DNA of 64,000 nt from an uncultured Chloroflexia bacterium (GCA_963767165.1 CAVYCV010000005.1:196767-260766), one strand, 5' to 3'; positions 1-10,350 are shown, numbered from the stretch's first letter. The notes: generated by a model from the sequence alone, not told the origin. Made by a program: numbers and translations.

Positions 1-612
1 ATACATGATGCCGCGCAGGCTCGCGGTGATGGCCGGCAGGTTGCCCTCGAAGAAGCCGCTGTCGCTGATGATCGCGACGTCGGCCGCAAGGCGGTCGCGG
101 TTGGCCTCGAGCCAGGGGTCGAGGTGCGTGGAGCTCGATTCCTCCTCGCCCTCGAACACGTAGCGCACGTTGACCGGGAAGCCGCCCCGGGTCGCGAGGA
201 TCGCGGCGGCGGCCATCAGGTGGATGTGGACCTGGCCCTTGTCGTCCGAACTCCCGCGCCCGAGCATGCGATGGCCGTCGATGACCGGCTCGAACGGCGG
301 CGAGGTCCACAGGTCCAGCGGGTCGACCGGCTGCACGTCGTAATGGCAGTACACGAGGATCGTCGGCGCGCCTTCGGCGTGCAGCCAGTCGCCGTAGACG
401 ACCGGGTGTCCGGCCGTCTCGCAGACCTCGACGTGCTCAAGGCCAGCCGTCCGCATCGCGTCCGCGAGCCACTCGGCCGCGCGTCGGCAATCTGCCGCGT
501 GGGCCGGGATCGCGGAGATGCTCGGGATCCGCAGGAACGCCTTGTAGGACTCGAGCCGCGCGTCGTGCGTCGCATCGAGGTGGGCTTCGAGGGCGGCGTT
601 CGGGTCGGTCAC
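1..612 (-). CDS. M20 family metallopeptidase (ArgE/DapE/dipeptidase-like), N-terminal part; 3' end lies beyond the window start
   Basis: Reverse-strand translation from a GTG at 612 gives VTDPNAALEAHLD...GHPVVYGDW...LGRGSSDDKGQVHIHL...VFEGEEESSS, the characteristic M20 metal-binding region (DDKG, EGEEE). No stop before position 1. Confidence 0.75.
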   Translation of the reverse strand, partial: MTDPNAALEAHLDATHDARLESYKAFLRIPSISAIPAHAADCRRAAEWLADAMRTAGLEHVEVCETAGHPVVYGDWLHAEGAPTILVYCHYDVQPVDPLDLWTSPPFEPVIDGHRMLGRGSSDDKGQVHIHLMAAAAILATRGGFPVNVRYVFEGEEESSSTHLDPWLEANRDRLAADVAIISDSGFFEGNLPAITASLRGIMY

Positions 613-722
613 GGGCTGCCTCGGTCGGGGTGGTGGGCGGGTCCGGCCATTCTACGTGCCCGGAATCGAACGAGCGGGCCGTCGCCGGCCCGCTCGCTGC
701 GGGTGTCTGGATCGGTGCCGGC

Positions 723-2627
723 TCAGGCCGGCTGCGGGTTCGGTTCGGGGACCGGCTGGCCTGGCCCGATGATCGTCGGGGCGCCGTGCCGGTTCTCCTT
801 GGGCGGCAGGTCGCTGAAGAGGGCCTCGAAGCCCTCGGCATCGACCGTCTCCTCGGCGACGAGCTTCTCGGCGAGGGCCACGAGCTTGTCCTTGTGGGTC
901 GTGAGGACCTCCTGGGCTCGCTCATAGGCCTTGTCGATGATCGCGCGGACCTCTTCGTCGATGGTCTTGGCGACCTCGTCGCTGTAGTTGCGCTGCTCGC
1001 CGATCTCCCGGCCGAGGAACACGAGCTCGTCGCGCTTCCCGAACGAGAGCGGGCCGAGCTTGTCGCTCATCCCGAACTCGGTGACCATCCGGCGAGCCAG
1101 GTCGGTCGCCTTCTCGATGTCGTTGCTGGCGCCGGTCGTCGTGTCGCCGAAGATCAGGCGCTCGGCCACGTTGCCGCCGAGCAGGCCGGCGATCTTGTCC
1201 TCGAACTCGGTCTTGGACTGGAGATACCGGTCCTCCTGCGGGAGGGCCATGGTGTAGCCGAGGGCCATGCCGCGGCTGATGATCGTCACCTTGGCGACCG
1301 GGTCGCATTTCGGCAGGATCCGCTGGACGACCGCGTGGCCGCCCTCGTGGTAGGCGATGATCGCCTTCTCGGCGTCCGAGATGAGGCGCGACTTGCGCTC
1401 CGGTCCGGCGACGATCCGCTCCAGGGCCTCCTGGAACTCGGACATGCCGATGACCTTCTTGTTGCGGCGGGCCGACAGGATGGCCGCCTCGTTGACGAGG
1501 TTGGCCAGGTCGGCGCCCGAGAAGCCGGGCGACTGGCGGGCCACGCCTTCGACGTCGACGCCCTTGTCGAGCGGCTTGCCCTTGGTGTGGACGCGCAGGA
1601 TCTCGGTCCGGCCGCGCATGTCGGGCCGATCGAGGATCACCTGGCGGTCGAACCGGCCCGGGCGCAGGAGCGCCGGGTCGAGGACGTCCGGCCGGTTGGT
1701 GGCGGCCACGACGATCACGTTGGTGTTCGTGTCGAAGCCGTCCATCTCGACGAGGATCTGGTTGAGGGTCTGCTCGCGCTCGTCGTGGCTGCCGCCGAGG
1801 CCGGCGCCGCGCTGGCGGCCGACCGCGTCGATCTCGTCGACGAACACGATGCACGGCGAATTGCGCTTGGCCTGGTCGAAGAGGTCGCGAACGCGGCTGG
1901 CGCCGACGCCGACGAACATCTCGACGAACTCGGAGCCCGAGATGCTGAAGAACGGGACACCGGCCTCGCCGGCGACGGCCCGCGCCATCAGCGTCTTGCC
2001 GGTGCCGGGAGGTCCGACCAGCAGCACGCCGCGCGGGATGCGCGCGCCGAGCGAGTTGAACTTCTCCGGGTACTTGAGGAACTCGACGACTTCCTGGAGC
2101 TCGGTCTTGGCCTCGTCGACGCCGGCCACGTCGGCGAACGTCACGACGGTCTTGCTGCCGAGGAACATCCGCGCGCGGCTCTTGCCGAACGAGAGTGCCT
2201 GGTTATTGGTCCCCTGGGCCTGGCGCATCATGAAGAAGATGAAGCCGCCGATGACGAGCAGGGGCAGCAACCCGGTCAGGAGCAGACCGAGCCAGGACGT
2301 GTCGGGCGCCTTGATCGCCTTGAACACCTGTGGGCTGAGGTCGTGGCCACCCTTCTCGGCCGCGGTGACCATGTCATTGAAGACCTGGGTGAGGACGCTC
2401 GGGACGACCACGGTGTAGTTGGACGGCTGGGCGCTCGACTTGACGGTGAGGACGTCGCCCTCCTGGATGACCTCGGTCACCTGGCCGGCCTCGACCTGGC
2501 TGAGGAACTCGGAATAGCCGACCGGCACGGCCGGTGTGCTGGCATTGATCCAGGTGAACAGGAGCGCGGCAGTGCCGAGCACCAGCACCACCATCACGAT
2601 GCCGTTGCGGAAGAACTTGGGATTCAA
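723..2627 (-). CDS. ftsH: ATP-dependent zinc metalloprotease FtsH
   Basis: 634-aa ORF with N-terminal TM segment, Walker [12 protein letters not shown] region and HEGGHAVV zinc motif. Full-length and intact. Confidence 0.95.
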   Translation of the reverse strand: MNPKFFRNGIVMVVLVLGTAALLFTWINASTPAVPVGYSEFLSQVEAGQVTEVIQEGDVLTVKSSAQPSNYTVVVPSVLTQVFNDMVTAAEKGGHDLSPQVFKAIKAPDTSWLGLLLTGLLPLLVIGGFIFFMMRQAQGTNNQALSFGKSRARMFLGSKTVVTFADVAGVDEAKTELQEVVEFLKYPEKFNSLGARIPRGVLLVGPPGTGKTLMARAVAGEAGVPFFSISGSEFVEMFVGVGASRVRDLFDQAKRNSPCIVFVDEIDAVGRQRGAGLGGSHDEREQTLNQILVEMDGFDTNTNVIVVAATNRPDVLDPALLRPGRFDRQVILDRPDMRGRTEILRVHTKGKPLDKGVDVEGVARQSPGFSGADLANLVNEAAILSARRNKKVIGMSEFQEALERIVAGPERKSRLISDAEKAIIAYHEGGHAVVQRILPKCDPVAKVTIISRGMALGYTMALPQEDRYLQSKTEFEDKIAGLLGGNVAERLIFGDTTTGASNDIEKATDLARRMVTEFGMSDKLGPLSFGKRDELVFLGREIGEQRNYSDEVAKTIDEEVRAIIDKAYERAQEVLTTHKDKLVALAEKLVAEETVDAEGFEALFSDLPPKENRHGAPTIIGPGQPVPEPNPQPA

Positions 2628-2847
2628 CGAGGGAGCCTCCGGGATGTGCGGCGACGCCGGTGCGCCGCCAGCGTGGCGAGTATAGCGCCGGGAGTCATAG
2701 GGACCCCATGACGGTGGTCATGGCACTTATCGGGGATACGGACGGCTGCCGTGCCCGGATGGTGGCGACGGGGCAGGCCAAGGATTCGCAACCCTCGAAC
2801 CGAATCGAAACGACCCTCCCGGACCGGGAGGGTCGTCATGGTCGAGG

Positions 2848-2922
2848 TTGGTAGCGGAGGGCGGATTTGAACCACCGACCAAGGGCTTATGAGTCCCCTG
2901 CTCTACCACTGAGCTACTCCGC
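2848..2922 (-). tRNA. tRNA-Met (anticodon CAT) with encoded CCA
   Basis: Reverse complement reads GGCGGAGTAGCTCAGTGGTAGAGCAGGGGACTCATAAGCCCTTGGTCGGTGGTTCAAATCCGCCCTCCGCTACCA. It has a cloverleaf with D-arm GCTC/GAGC, anticodon loop CTCATAA, T-arm GGTGG/TTCAAAT/CCGCC and a 7-bp acceptor stem. Initiator versus elongator was not resolved. Confidence 0.85.
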
Positions 2923-2967
2923 CGCGTCGGCCATTCTATCGCCGGGCGGGACGTTCGCCAACGACGG

Positions 2968-3336
2968 CTAGTTACGGGAATGCTGATCGAGGACCGGTGA
3001 CAGCGCCGACGCGAGGGTCCCCATCCGGGGATCCCGCAGAGGATGTCGCGGTCCCTCGGCCTCCATCTGCATCGCGAGCCTCGCCGGGAACGACCCGGCG
3101 TCGATCGCGTCCCCGGCGGCGACGCGACTCGTGCCCTCGATCGACGGGGCGATCGCCACCGGCGCCTCCGGGTCGCCCAGGGTCGCGAGGAGCGCCGTCG
3201 GCGGCGGTCCGGCGTCGATGGCACCGGCTGCCGCGGTCTCTATGCCCTTGCCCACGTCGCCGGTCACCCCGGTCGAGGCCTGGACGTCGGCGCCGTTGGG
3301 CACCTCGATGGTGATCCGGATCGTCTGCGAGTCCAT
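2968..3336 (-). CDS. hypothetical 122-aa soluble protein (MDSQTIRITIEVPNG...) encoded 11 nt downstream of the S8 peptidase
   Basis: ATG at 3336 lies 11 nt after the peptidase stop (3348-3350) on the same strand. No recognisable motif. Coding call rests on position and frame only. Confidence 0.35.
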   Translation of the reverse strand: MDSQTIRITIEVPNGADVQASTGVTGDVGKGIETAAAGAIDAGPPPTALLATLGDPEAPVAIAPSIEGTSRVAAGDAIDAGSFPARLAMQMEAEGPRHPLRDPRMGTLASALSPVLDQHSRN

Positions 3337-3347
3337 GGCGTCCCCCC

Positions 3348-5132
3348 TCACCAGCCGAGGACCGCGTACCGGCCCTCGAAGTTGACGACCCGGTTGGTCA
3401 GGTTCTGGACGGTGAGCCAGTAGGTGGCGTAGCGATCGTTCGCCCGCTCCACCTGGACGGTGAGTCCGAGCTGCGGCCCGCCCGGCTGCGGGCTGATCGG
3501 CATGACGGTCCAATCGACATGCCAGTGGGCCGGCCAGTTGAAGGTGAACCAGCGTTGCGTCTGGTTCGGCTGCAGCGTTCCGATGAACTGCACGCCGATC
3601 CAGTAGCCCTGCTGGACCGCCATCGGGATCAGCTGTCGCAGGTCCGGCCGGTTGCCGATCCTCTGGGTCCCGGGCCGGCCGGGCGCATCGGTCTGCGGCG
3701 AGCCCGTCGCCCGGAGCATCTCGCGCGCCCGGGCCGGGGTCAGCGGGATCCGGCCCTTCGACTTGAGGACGCCCTGGACGCAGGCGATCGTGCCGACCAC
3801 GATCGGCGAGGCACTCGAGGTGCCGCTGAACTGTTCCGTGTACCACTGGTTCATCAGGCCGCCCTGGAGGTCGCCGTAGCCGGACGAGGTCACCTCGCGG
3901 CCCCAGCCCTGGGCGTCGATGAGGGCGCCGAAGTTCGAGAAGTCGAGGCGAGACCGGTCCGGGCCGTGGTTCCGACCGTGGGTGCCGGGCGGTGGGGCAC
4001 CGGCGCCGACGACGATCGCCCCGGAGTCGCGGTTGGCCCGATTGAACGGATTCGTCCAGTCGAGCGGGAAGTTCGACGGGCGCACGCTGTAGATCGGGTC
4101 GTCGAGGTTGCGCGCGCCGTTGCCGGCAGCCTCCACGACGATGACGCCCTTGTTGGTCGCGTAGCGAATCGCGTCGAAGTCGTCCGGCCACCACTCGATC
4201 GCGATGTAGCCGTCCTGGCCGACGCCATTCGAACCGGGTCCCTGCCGGTGGATCTCGAGCAGGATGATGTCGCCGGGGCCGAGCTTGTCGGCGGCCTGGC
4301 GGATGGCCTGCGCCGTCGGGATCGAGAACGCGGCGGCACTGATGACCGCGTCCGGGGCGATGCCGGTGACGCCGACGGCATTGCGGTCGCCGGCGATCTC
4401 GCCCATGACCGCGGTGCCGTGATTGTCGTTTCCGGCGGCCGCGCCGACGACGACGCCACCGCTGTTGGTGAGCAGGTCCTCATGTCCGAGGTTCCAGGCC
4501 CATTCGCAGTCGATGATGCGGACCCCGGCGCCGCCACCGCCCGGCAGCGTCCATGCGTAGCGAGCGTCGATGCCGACCGGCGCGTAGTCCAGGTATTGCT
4601 GACTGGCGGTGAAGTCCGGTGTCACGGCCGGCGCTTCGGCCGCAGCAGGCTGCATGTCGTTGAGGGTCGCCTTCGTGGCGACCTTCTCGGCCCGCTTGTT
4701 GGCCTCGGGCGCGTCGAGCGTCATGACCGCCAGCGTCGTCGGCGGCTTGACGTAGGCGGCCTCGACGGCACCGTGCGCCTGCAACGTCTTGGCGAGGTCG
4801 TCGAGCTCCGAATCCGGGGCGTCGACGCGGTAGTACCGGGCGAGCGCCCGCGGCGAGCCGGGCTCGGGCGGGCCGTCGAACGCGGCCGGGGCGGATGCGA
4901 GAAGCCGTGCCTCCGGTTCGCCGAACAGCGGTTGCATCGCCGCGTTGTGCGCGTTGAGGATCGATTCGAGGCTGTTCGCGTCGGCTGCCGCCGCCGCGCC
5001 GATCCCGAAGGCTCCCGCCCGCAGGCCGGCCTCGGGCTTCGCCACCACGATCAGCTCGGCGGGCGAGAATGGTTCGAGTGGCCGCTCCTCACGCGGCCTG
5101 CGTCCGTTCGTTCCGACTCGTCGTCGGGCCAT
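3348..5132 (-). CDS. S8 family subtilisin-like serine peptidase with N-terminal I9-like propeptide and C-terminal beta-rich domain
   Basis: Catalytic order Asp (VRIIDCEW), His (GNDNHGTAVMGEIAG), Asn (VVEAAGNGARN), Ser (GTSSASPIVVG). The N-terminal region ARYYRVDAPDSELDDLAKTLQAHGAVEAAYVKPP resembles a subtilase propeptide (inhibitor I9). Confidence 0.85.
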   Translation of the reverse strand: MARRRVGTNGRRPREERPLEPFSPAELIVVAKPEAGLRAGAFGIGAAAAADANSLESILNAHNAAMQPLFGEPEARLLASAPAAFDGPPEPGSPRALARYYRVDAPDSELDDLAKTLQAHGAVEAAYVKPPTTLAVMTLDAPEANKRAEKVATKATLNDMQPAAAEAPAVTPDFTASQQYLDYAPVGIDARYAWTLPGGGGAGVRIIDCEWAWNLGHEDLLTNSGGVVVGAAAGNDNHGTAVMGEIAGDRNAVGVTGIAPDAVISAAAFSIPTAQAIRQAADKLGPGDIILLEIHRQGPGSNGVGQDGYIAIEWWPDDFDAIRYATNKGVIVVEAAGNGARNLDDPIYSVRPSNFPLDWTNPFNRANRDSGAIVVGAGAPPPGTHGRNHGPDRSRLDFSNFGALIDAQGWGREVTSSGYGDLQGGLMNQWYTEQFSGTSSASPIVVGTIACVQGVLKSKGRIPLTPARAREMLRATGSPQTDAPGRPGTQRIGNRPDLRQLIPMAVQQGYWIGVQFIGTLQPNQTQRWFTFNWPAHWHVDWTVMPISPQPGGPQLGLTVQVERANDRYATYWLTVQNLTNRVVNFEGRYAVLGW

Positions 5133-5168
5133 GTCCAGTTCCCCCTTTCTCGGCGCCTTCGCGCCGAA

Positions 5169-5432
5169 TCACGGCGGGCCCTCGGGCGGCTTGATGTATG
5201 CCCAATCGACGGACGGGATGCGGCCAAGACGTTCGGCGACGTCCTTCGCCCGATCCTCGTCATCGAGCTCGGCGTAGAAGTACCGGCTGAGCTCGTCGTC
5301 CGGGACCCCCGGATGCATCGGCAGGATCCGCACCCCGAGTTCGTCGGCCTCGTCCATGAGGTCCGGCGGCAGCCCGGAGGCGTCGTCGTCTGCGGCGTGC
5401 GCGTCGGATCGAAGTCGGATCGTGATGTACAT
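5169..5432 (-). CDS. stand-alone I9-like (subtilase propeptide/inhibitor-like) small protein; paralogue of the propeptide of the adjacent S8 peptidase
   Basis: MYITIRLRSD...RYFYAELDDEDRAKDVAERLGRIPSVDWAYIKPP parallels the peptidase propeptide segment RYYRVDAPDSELDDLAKTLQAHGAVEAAYVKPP. Start may instead be the upstream ATG at 5477. Confidence 0.5.
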   Translation of the reverse strand: MYITIRLRSDAHAADDDASGLPPDLMDEADELGVRILPMHPGVPDDELSRYFYAELDDEDRAKDVAERLGRIPSVDWAYIKPPEGPP

Positions 5433-5758
5433 CGCGCCCCCGCGAAACGGCCCACGGACCTGCCGTCCCCCGACCACGACGATCCGTCGATCGTGGTTCG
5501 GCTTCCCTCGGCTGCTCCCCGAACGCGACGGTGGGGTCGAAACCGCTTCAGGCGTCGATGACTCCCCGAACGCCTGGACGGACCGACGGTCTGGCGGAGG
5601 ATCGCGACGGACCGAAGCCCGTCCCGGACCGGGGGCAGATCGCGCGGTCTGCGCTCCATCACTGGAATGTGAGAACTAGATTTTCACCCGGCGGTCAACC
5701 CCAGTTGAACCGGACGTCATCGAGTTCGCGTCGCAGGTCAACGCTCCGTGCGGGAACG

Positions 5759-7567
5759 CTAGCGCGTGCCCACCAGCGTGATGCCGATCATCCGGTGGTA
5801 GTGCGACACCCACGTGTCGTGGTGGATGACGCGACCGCTCGCGTCGCGCACGGTCCGCGAGACGGAGACGTCCTTGCCGTCGACGGGCCACTCGATCCGC
5901 TCGGTCTGACCGCGTCGCAGCGAGGATGTCTTCCTGACCGTGTCGAAACCGCGCACGACGTTGCTGACGCTCGGCCGGCTCCAGGTCACCGTCCGGCCGT
6001 TCGGCACGCTCCAGATCTCGAACGTGACGATGCCGCCCGAGGCATGGGTCTTGATGAGGATCGGGTACTTCGTGTCGTTGCGGAACCGCATGCTCTGCGA
6101 ACCGGACACCGTGGCGTCGAGGCCGAGCGGATAGCGGGTGATGTAGTACCAGTGCGGTGAGCGGCTCACGATCTGCAGGCCGGCCCGCGCCGCCGCGTTG
6201 AAGAGCGTCGTGGACGCCGCGCAGATGCCGCCGGCGAGCGCCTTGCCCTCGACCGAGTGCCCGCCGACGATCGCACCGCCCAGCCGGTAGCCCGTCCGGA
6301 AGCTGACCTCGCCGAGGCGGCCCCAGAAGTCGAACAGCGCGCCGGGCTGCACGACGACCCCGTCGAGTCGCCTCGCCGGGACCGTGATGTTCGCCCCGAA
6401 GCCGTTGTGCGCGGCCACCTGGTAGTACGTCGTCCAGGTCCCCAACTTGACCATCAGCGGGGCCTTGCGCTTGGCCTCGTCCGTCGAGAGCTTCGGCGCG
6501 ACAAGCGTCGTGGCGACCTTCACCTTGGCGTCGGTGCCCGAGCCCTGGCCGCGGGCGGTCAGTGCGGCGACGACGGCCTGGGCCGTGGCCTTCTTGTCGA
6601 CGGCCCGCCCGAGGCGCGACGCGCTCACCCCGAAGATGTGACCGGCCCGCGTGCGCAGGTAGACGGCCTCGGTCGGCTTGCGCTTGAGATCCTTCGCGAC
6701 CTTCTTGAGGGCGGCGGGCACGTCGGCAGTGTCCACGGTCGGCCCGTACGTGGCGCCTGTCCCGGAGAACGTGATCCAGCCGCGGATGGTCGCGGCCTTG
6801 ATCTTCCACGACTTCGAGCCCTTCGAGAGGACGAGGTCGGCGGCGACCTGGTCCGCCATCGCCCGCGCCCGCAGGGCGTCCGCGTCGGTGGTCGGCGGCT
6901 CGACCCGCGAGGCATCGGCTCGCACCGCCCACACTGCGGGCGTGGCCGGATCGAGCAATGCCTTCTCGATCGCGGGCGCGACGCCGCTCGTATCGACCTC
7001 GACGCCGTTCATCTGGTGCCGGATCACGTAGCCCGCCTTGGTCGTGAGGACGCTGGCATCGAGCGTGCCGCGAGCGACCGCCCGGCCGTACGACGCGAGC
7101 GCGGCATCGAGCCGGTCCCGGTCGACGCTGAGGATCGTCGGCATGGAGACCGGTTCGACCAGCAGGCGAAGCCCGGTCACGGTCTCGGCGAAGCGGGTGC
7201 TGTCACGACCGACGCGCGCGGCGCGATCCACCATCGCGTCGAAGTCGACCTTCCGGCCGACCTGCGCGTACGAGATGTCGACGGACCCGACCCACGAGCC
7301 GACGGTGACCTTGCCCTCCTCGAGCGGACCGAGGGCGGCGACGAGGGCCTGTCGCGCGTCGGCCGGGGTGAGGCCGCCGACCTCGACCCCGCCGATGCGG
7401 ACGCCCGGCAGGATCCGGTCGGCATAGGACTGGCGGAATGCGATCAGCCCGATCAGGACGAGCGCGACCCCGAGAAGCGTGCCGAGCACGAACCTCCGGG
7501 CCCCGCGACCCGGTCGGGGGACCCGCAGGGCACGGACTGCCGGCGTGACGTGTTCGGTGACGGCCAT
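5759..7567 (-). CDS. VanW family protein (membrane-anchored, PG-binding-like repeats + VanW domain)
   Basis: N-terminal TM helix (FVLGTLLGVALVLIGLIAF), repeated domains, and a C-terminal VanW-type region (FDFWGRLGE...GGICAASTTLFNAA). Start taken at MAVTEHV; an upstream in-frame extension to 7732 is possible. Confidence 0.75.
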   Translation of the reverse strand: MAVTEHVTPAVRALRVPRPGRGARRFVLGTLLGVALVLIGLIAFRQSYADRILPGVRIGGVEVGGLTPADARQALVAALGPLEEGKVTVGSWVGSVDISYAQVGRKVDFDAMVDRAARVGRDSTRFAETVTGLRLLVEPVSMPTILSVDRDRLDAALASYGRAVARGTLDASVLTTKAGYVIRHQMNGVEVDTSGVAPAIEKALLDPATPAVWAVRADASRVEPPTTDADALRARAMADQVAADLVLSKGSKSWKIKAATIRGWITFSGTGATYGPTVDTADVPAALKKVAKDLKRKPTEAVYLRTRAGHIFGVSASRLGRAVDKKATAQAVVAALTARGQGSGTDAKVKVATTLVAPKLSTDEAKRKAPLMVKLGTWTTYYQVAAHNGFGANITVPARRLDGVVVQPGALFDFWGRLGEVSFRTGYRLGGAIVGGHSVEGKALAGGICAASTTLFNAAARAGLQIVSRSPHWYYITRYPLGLDATVSGSQSMRFRNDTKYPILIKTHASGGIVTFEIWSVPNGRTVTWSRPSVSNVVRGFDTVRKTSSLRRGQTERIEWPVDGKDVSVSRTVRDASGRVIHHDTWVSHYHRMIGITLVGTR

Positions 7568-7706
7568 CGACTGCTCAACCCCGGGCGGACGCGGGCCAGC
7601 GCCAGCGTAAGGACGGGAGCCTACGGCATGCGCGCCCGGACGGAAAGGGGCAAATCGTCCCGAAATAGGCTCACCCGGCGGTCTGCGCGTGGAGACGAGG
7701 CTGACG

Positions 7707-9833
7707 TCAGCTCGGCGGGGGTGCCTCTCCACCGTATCGGTCGATCAGCTCCCCGATCGTCAGACCGCCGTATCGCTCGTCGAGCCGGGCGCGCGCGACC
7801 CGCCACATGGCGCGGAGCGGACGTGGCCCGCCGGTCTGCAGGTCGGCCAGCCGCAAAGCGCCGAAGCGCTCGATGCCGGGCACGTCCTTGAGTTCGGCGG
7901 CGAGGTTGCGCGCCGCCTCCTCGACCGTCGTCTCGCGGGTCATGCCGGCCGCATCGAGACCGGCCGCTTCCAACGTGGCGCGGGACGGGCGGGCGGGCCC
8001 GGCCGCGGTATCGGTCCGCACCTTCGCGGCGTCGGACACGGTCGCGCTCGCCTTGCGGATCGCCTCGTCGGCACCCGCGAGCGCGGCGTCGACAGCCTCG
8101 GGCCCGTCGAACTGGGGCGGGGCGGGCGCCTGGGTCGCCGAGGTGGACGAGGCACTGGCCGCGGCGGGCGGGCGTGTCGGCGTCGGCGGGGTCGGTGGCC
8201 GCGAGCCCCAGGCGGGCTCCGGGGTCGGCGCCGGGGTGGCCGCGGACGCCGACGCGGGCGCCGGGCCCGGGGCCGGGGCGGCAGCGCTGGTCGCCCGGCG
8301 ACGGCCGGCAGCCTGCGAGCCGCCGGAGCCGCCGCCTCGTGGCTTGCGAGGGGCGCCGCCGGACGGCTCGCCATCCTCGTCCGAGGCGCCGACGGCCTTG
8401 TTCAGCAGGTCGGGGATGTCGATGCCGGTCAGGCCCTTGACGGTCGCGCTCGCCTCGGTGACGGTCCGCGTGACGTTCTTGACGACGTCCGACGCCCCAT
8501 CCGTGGACAGGACGGTCAGGCTCCCGATGTTGGCCATCGGCTCGGCCGCGGCCCGGACGATGTCGGGCAGCATCGAGAGCACGGTCTGGATGATCGCCGC
8601 CTCGTTGAACTGGCGGTAGGCATCGGCCCGGAGGGCCAGCGCCTTGGCCTCGGCCTCGCCCTTGGTGAACGTGATGCCGGCCTCGGCGTTGCCCTCGAGG
8701 GTCGTCCGCTGGGCCTCGGCCGTGGCGTTGACCGAGACGACCCGGGCCTGCGCCTCGCCCTTGGTGACCGTGACCGCGGCCTCGGCGGATCCGGCGAGCT
8801 TCACCCGCTCGGCCTCGGCCTGCGCCTGGGCGATCCGGGCCGACTTCTCGCCCTCGGCCCGGCGGACCTGCGCCGCCGCGTCGGCCTCGGCGGGCCGGAC
8901 GATGCTCGCCACGAGCTCCTGCTCCTTGCGCGCCGCCTCGAGCTGGGCCAGCTCGGTCTGCTTGCGGGTGACCTCCTGGGTCGCCTCCGCCTCGGCCAGC
9001 GGACCGGACTGGGCGGCCCGCGCCTGGGCGGCCGCGGTCTGCGTCTCGGTCTCCGCGCGGCGCAGGGACACGTCGCGGGCGGCGTTGATCTTGACCTGCT
9101 CCGCCTCGGCTTCGCGGACGGCGGCCTCCTGGTCGGCGGCGGCCTTGGCCATGCGCGCGTCGCGTTCGCGCCGGGCAGTCTCCTGCTGGCCGATGAGCTC
9201 CATGTAGCCGGACTCGTCACGGATCGCCTGGATCGTGAACGAGTCGATCTGCAGTCCCGATGTCGCGAGGTCGCCGCGGGCGGCATCCTGCACGGCCTGC
9301 TGGAACTTCTGCCGGTCGAGGTTGAGCTCCTCGACGGTGAGCGTGCCGACGATCGACCGGAGGGAGCCCTCGAGGACGTTCTTGACGATCGAGTCGACCT
9401 CCTCGTCGCGGGCCTCGAGGAACCGCTCTGCGGCGTTGCGGATGGACTCGTCGTCCGCGCCGATCTTGAACGTCGCGACGCCCTGCACGGCGACCTTGAT
9501 GCCCTGCCGGGTGACGGCATCGGCGAGCGCGACGTTGATCTGGCGGGCGGTGAGCTTGAGCTTGCCGACCTTGTTGAGGAGCGGCAGGACGATGACGCCG
9601 CCGCCGCGCACGACCTTGAGGTTCCGCGTGCCGTCCGGACCCTTGTCGCGCTGGCCACTGACGACGAGGGCCTCGTTCGCCCCGGCGACCTTGTAGCGGC
9701 TGCCGATGTAGCTGACGATGAGGACGACGATGATGATGATCAGGAAGATGGGGATGACCCCACCACCGATGAACTCGACGATGTCAGGCACCCTGGCTCC
9801 CTCCCTGATCGGCACTGACCGGGGCTGATCCAC
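7707..9833 (-). CDS. flotillin / SPFH (band 7) family protein with about 200-aa low-complexity C-terminal extension
   Basis: N-terminal TM (IPIFLIIIIVVLIVSYIG), SPFH domain, and long Ala/Glu-rich coiled-coil flotillin repeats (AEAEQVKINAARD...). Then a Pro/Ala/Ser-rich linker and a C-terminal globular segment. Start overlaps the end of the upstream NfeD gene. Confidence 0.85.
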   Translation of the reverse strand: MDQPRSVPIREGARVPDIVEFIGGGVIPIFLIIIIVVLIVSYIGSRYKVAGANEALVVSGQRDKGPDGTRNLKVVRGGGVIVLPLLNKVGKLKLTARQINVALADAVTRQGIKVAVQGVATFKIGADDESIRNAAERFLEARDEEVDSIVKNVLEGSLRSIVGTLTVEELNLDRQKFQQAVQDAARGDLATSGLQIDSFTIQAIRDESGYMELIGQQETARRERDARMAKAAADQEAAVREAEAEQVKINAARDVSLRRAETETQTAAAQARAAQSGPLAEAEATQEVTRKQTELAQLEAARKEQELVASIVRPAEADAAAQVRRAEGEKSARIAQAQAEAERVKLAGSAEAAVTVTKGEAQARVVSVNATAEAQRTTLEGNAEAGITFTKGEAEAKALALRADAYRQFNEAAIIQTVLSMLPDIVRAAAEPMANIGSLTVLSTDGASDVVKNVTRTVTEASATVKGLTGIDIPDLLNKAVGASDEDGEPSGGAPRKPRGGGSGGSQAAGRRRATSAAAPAPGPAPASASAATPAPTPEPAWGSRPPTPPTPTRPPAAASASSTSATQAPAPPQFDGPEAVDAALAGADEAIRKASATVSDAAKVRTDTAAGPARPSRATLEAAGLDAAGMTRETTVEEAARNLAAELKDVPGIERFGALRLADLQTGGPRPLRAMWRVARARLDERYGGLTIGELIDRYGGEAPPPS

Positions 9834-10350
9834 CGGCCGCGGGGATGGGCTCCACGATGAGCCCCGACCCGGCGACGCCGGTCACCCGGGCGGTCGTTCC
9901 CGCCGGGACCTCCTGCGACGACGTCGCGCTGAACTCGTGCGTCTGGCCCTCCTTCTTGACGATGACGCTCCCGTATTGCCCGGCCGGGATGCCCACCGAG
10001 ACGAAGGCGTCGTCGCCGATCAGGTCGCGGGTCGAGAAGGGCGCGTCGGCCTCGGCGCGCCGGAGGACGCTGAAGAGCGCGTAGGCGACGGCCAGTCCGG
10101 CGAGGCCGAACACCGATCCGATCAGCGCCGCCTGACCGCCGTGCACGTCGAGCACCTGGGTGGCGAAGAGCCCGCCCACGCCGAACATCGACACGAACGA
10201 CAGGAGCAGGGGCATCAGCGAGACGCCGCCGACGTCGAAGTCGAAGACGGCGCCGAGCAGGTCGTCGACGACGACCGTGATCAGGAGGAGCGTGCCGCCG
10301 ACCAGCGTGCACACGACGAAGATGAGGTCCTCGACCGGGATGTCGATCAT
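9784..10350 (-). CDS. NfeD family membrane protein (flotillin-associated)
   Basis: Two to three TM helices followed by a C-terminal OB-fold-like soluble domain (SVGIPAGQYGSVIVKKEGQTHEFSATS). It is the canonical partner immediately upstream of flotillin and overlaps it by 50 nt. Confidence 0.75.
   Translation of the reverse strand: MIDIPVEDLIFVVCTLVGGTLLLITVVVDDLLGAVFDFDVGGVSLMPLLLSFVSMFGVGGLFATQVLDVHGGQAALIGSVFGLAGLAVAYALFSVLRRAEADAPFSTRDLIGDDAFVSVGIPAGQYGSVIVKKEGQTHEFSATSSQEVPAGTTARVTGVAGSGLIVEPIPAAGGSAPVSADQGGSQGA

Noticed and set aside
630-2711. 693-aa plus-strand ORF antisense to ftsH. Similar long antisense ORFs run 7689..9818 (opposite flotillin), 11062..12888 (opposite mrfA), 34161..37457 (opposite the helicase-nuclease) and 48466..50682 (opposite tgpA)
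   Set aside because: All oppose genes with unmistakable conserved motifs. They have low-complexity, stop-poor translations expected from GC-rich antisense strands.
2848-2922. Apparent A31:G39 mismatch at the base of the tRNA-Met anticodon stem
   Set aside because: Could be a real non-Watson-Crick pair or a hand-transcription error. The overall cloverleaf and CAT anticodon are solid, so it is not treated as a pseudo-tRNA.
5356-5679. 107-aa plus-strand ORF in the gap between the I9-like gene and the VanW gene
   Set aside because: Arg/Pro/Ser-rich composition with no motif. It partly overlaps the I9-like ORF on the other strand and is probably non-coding.
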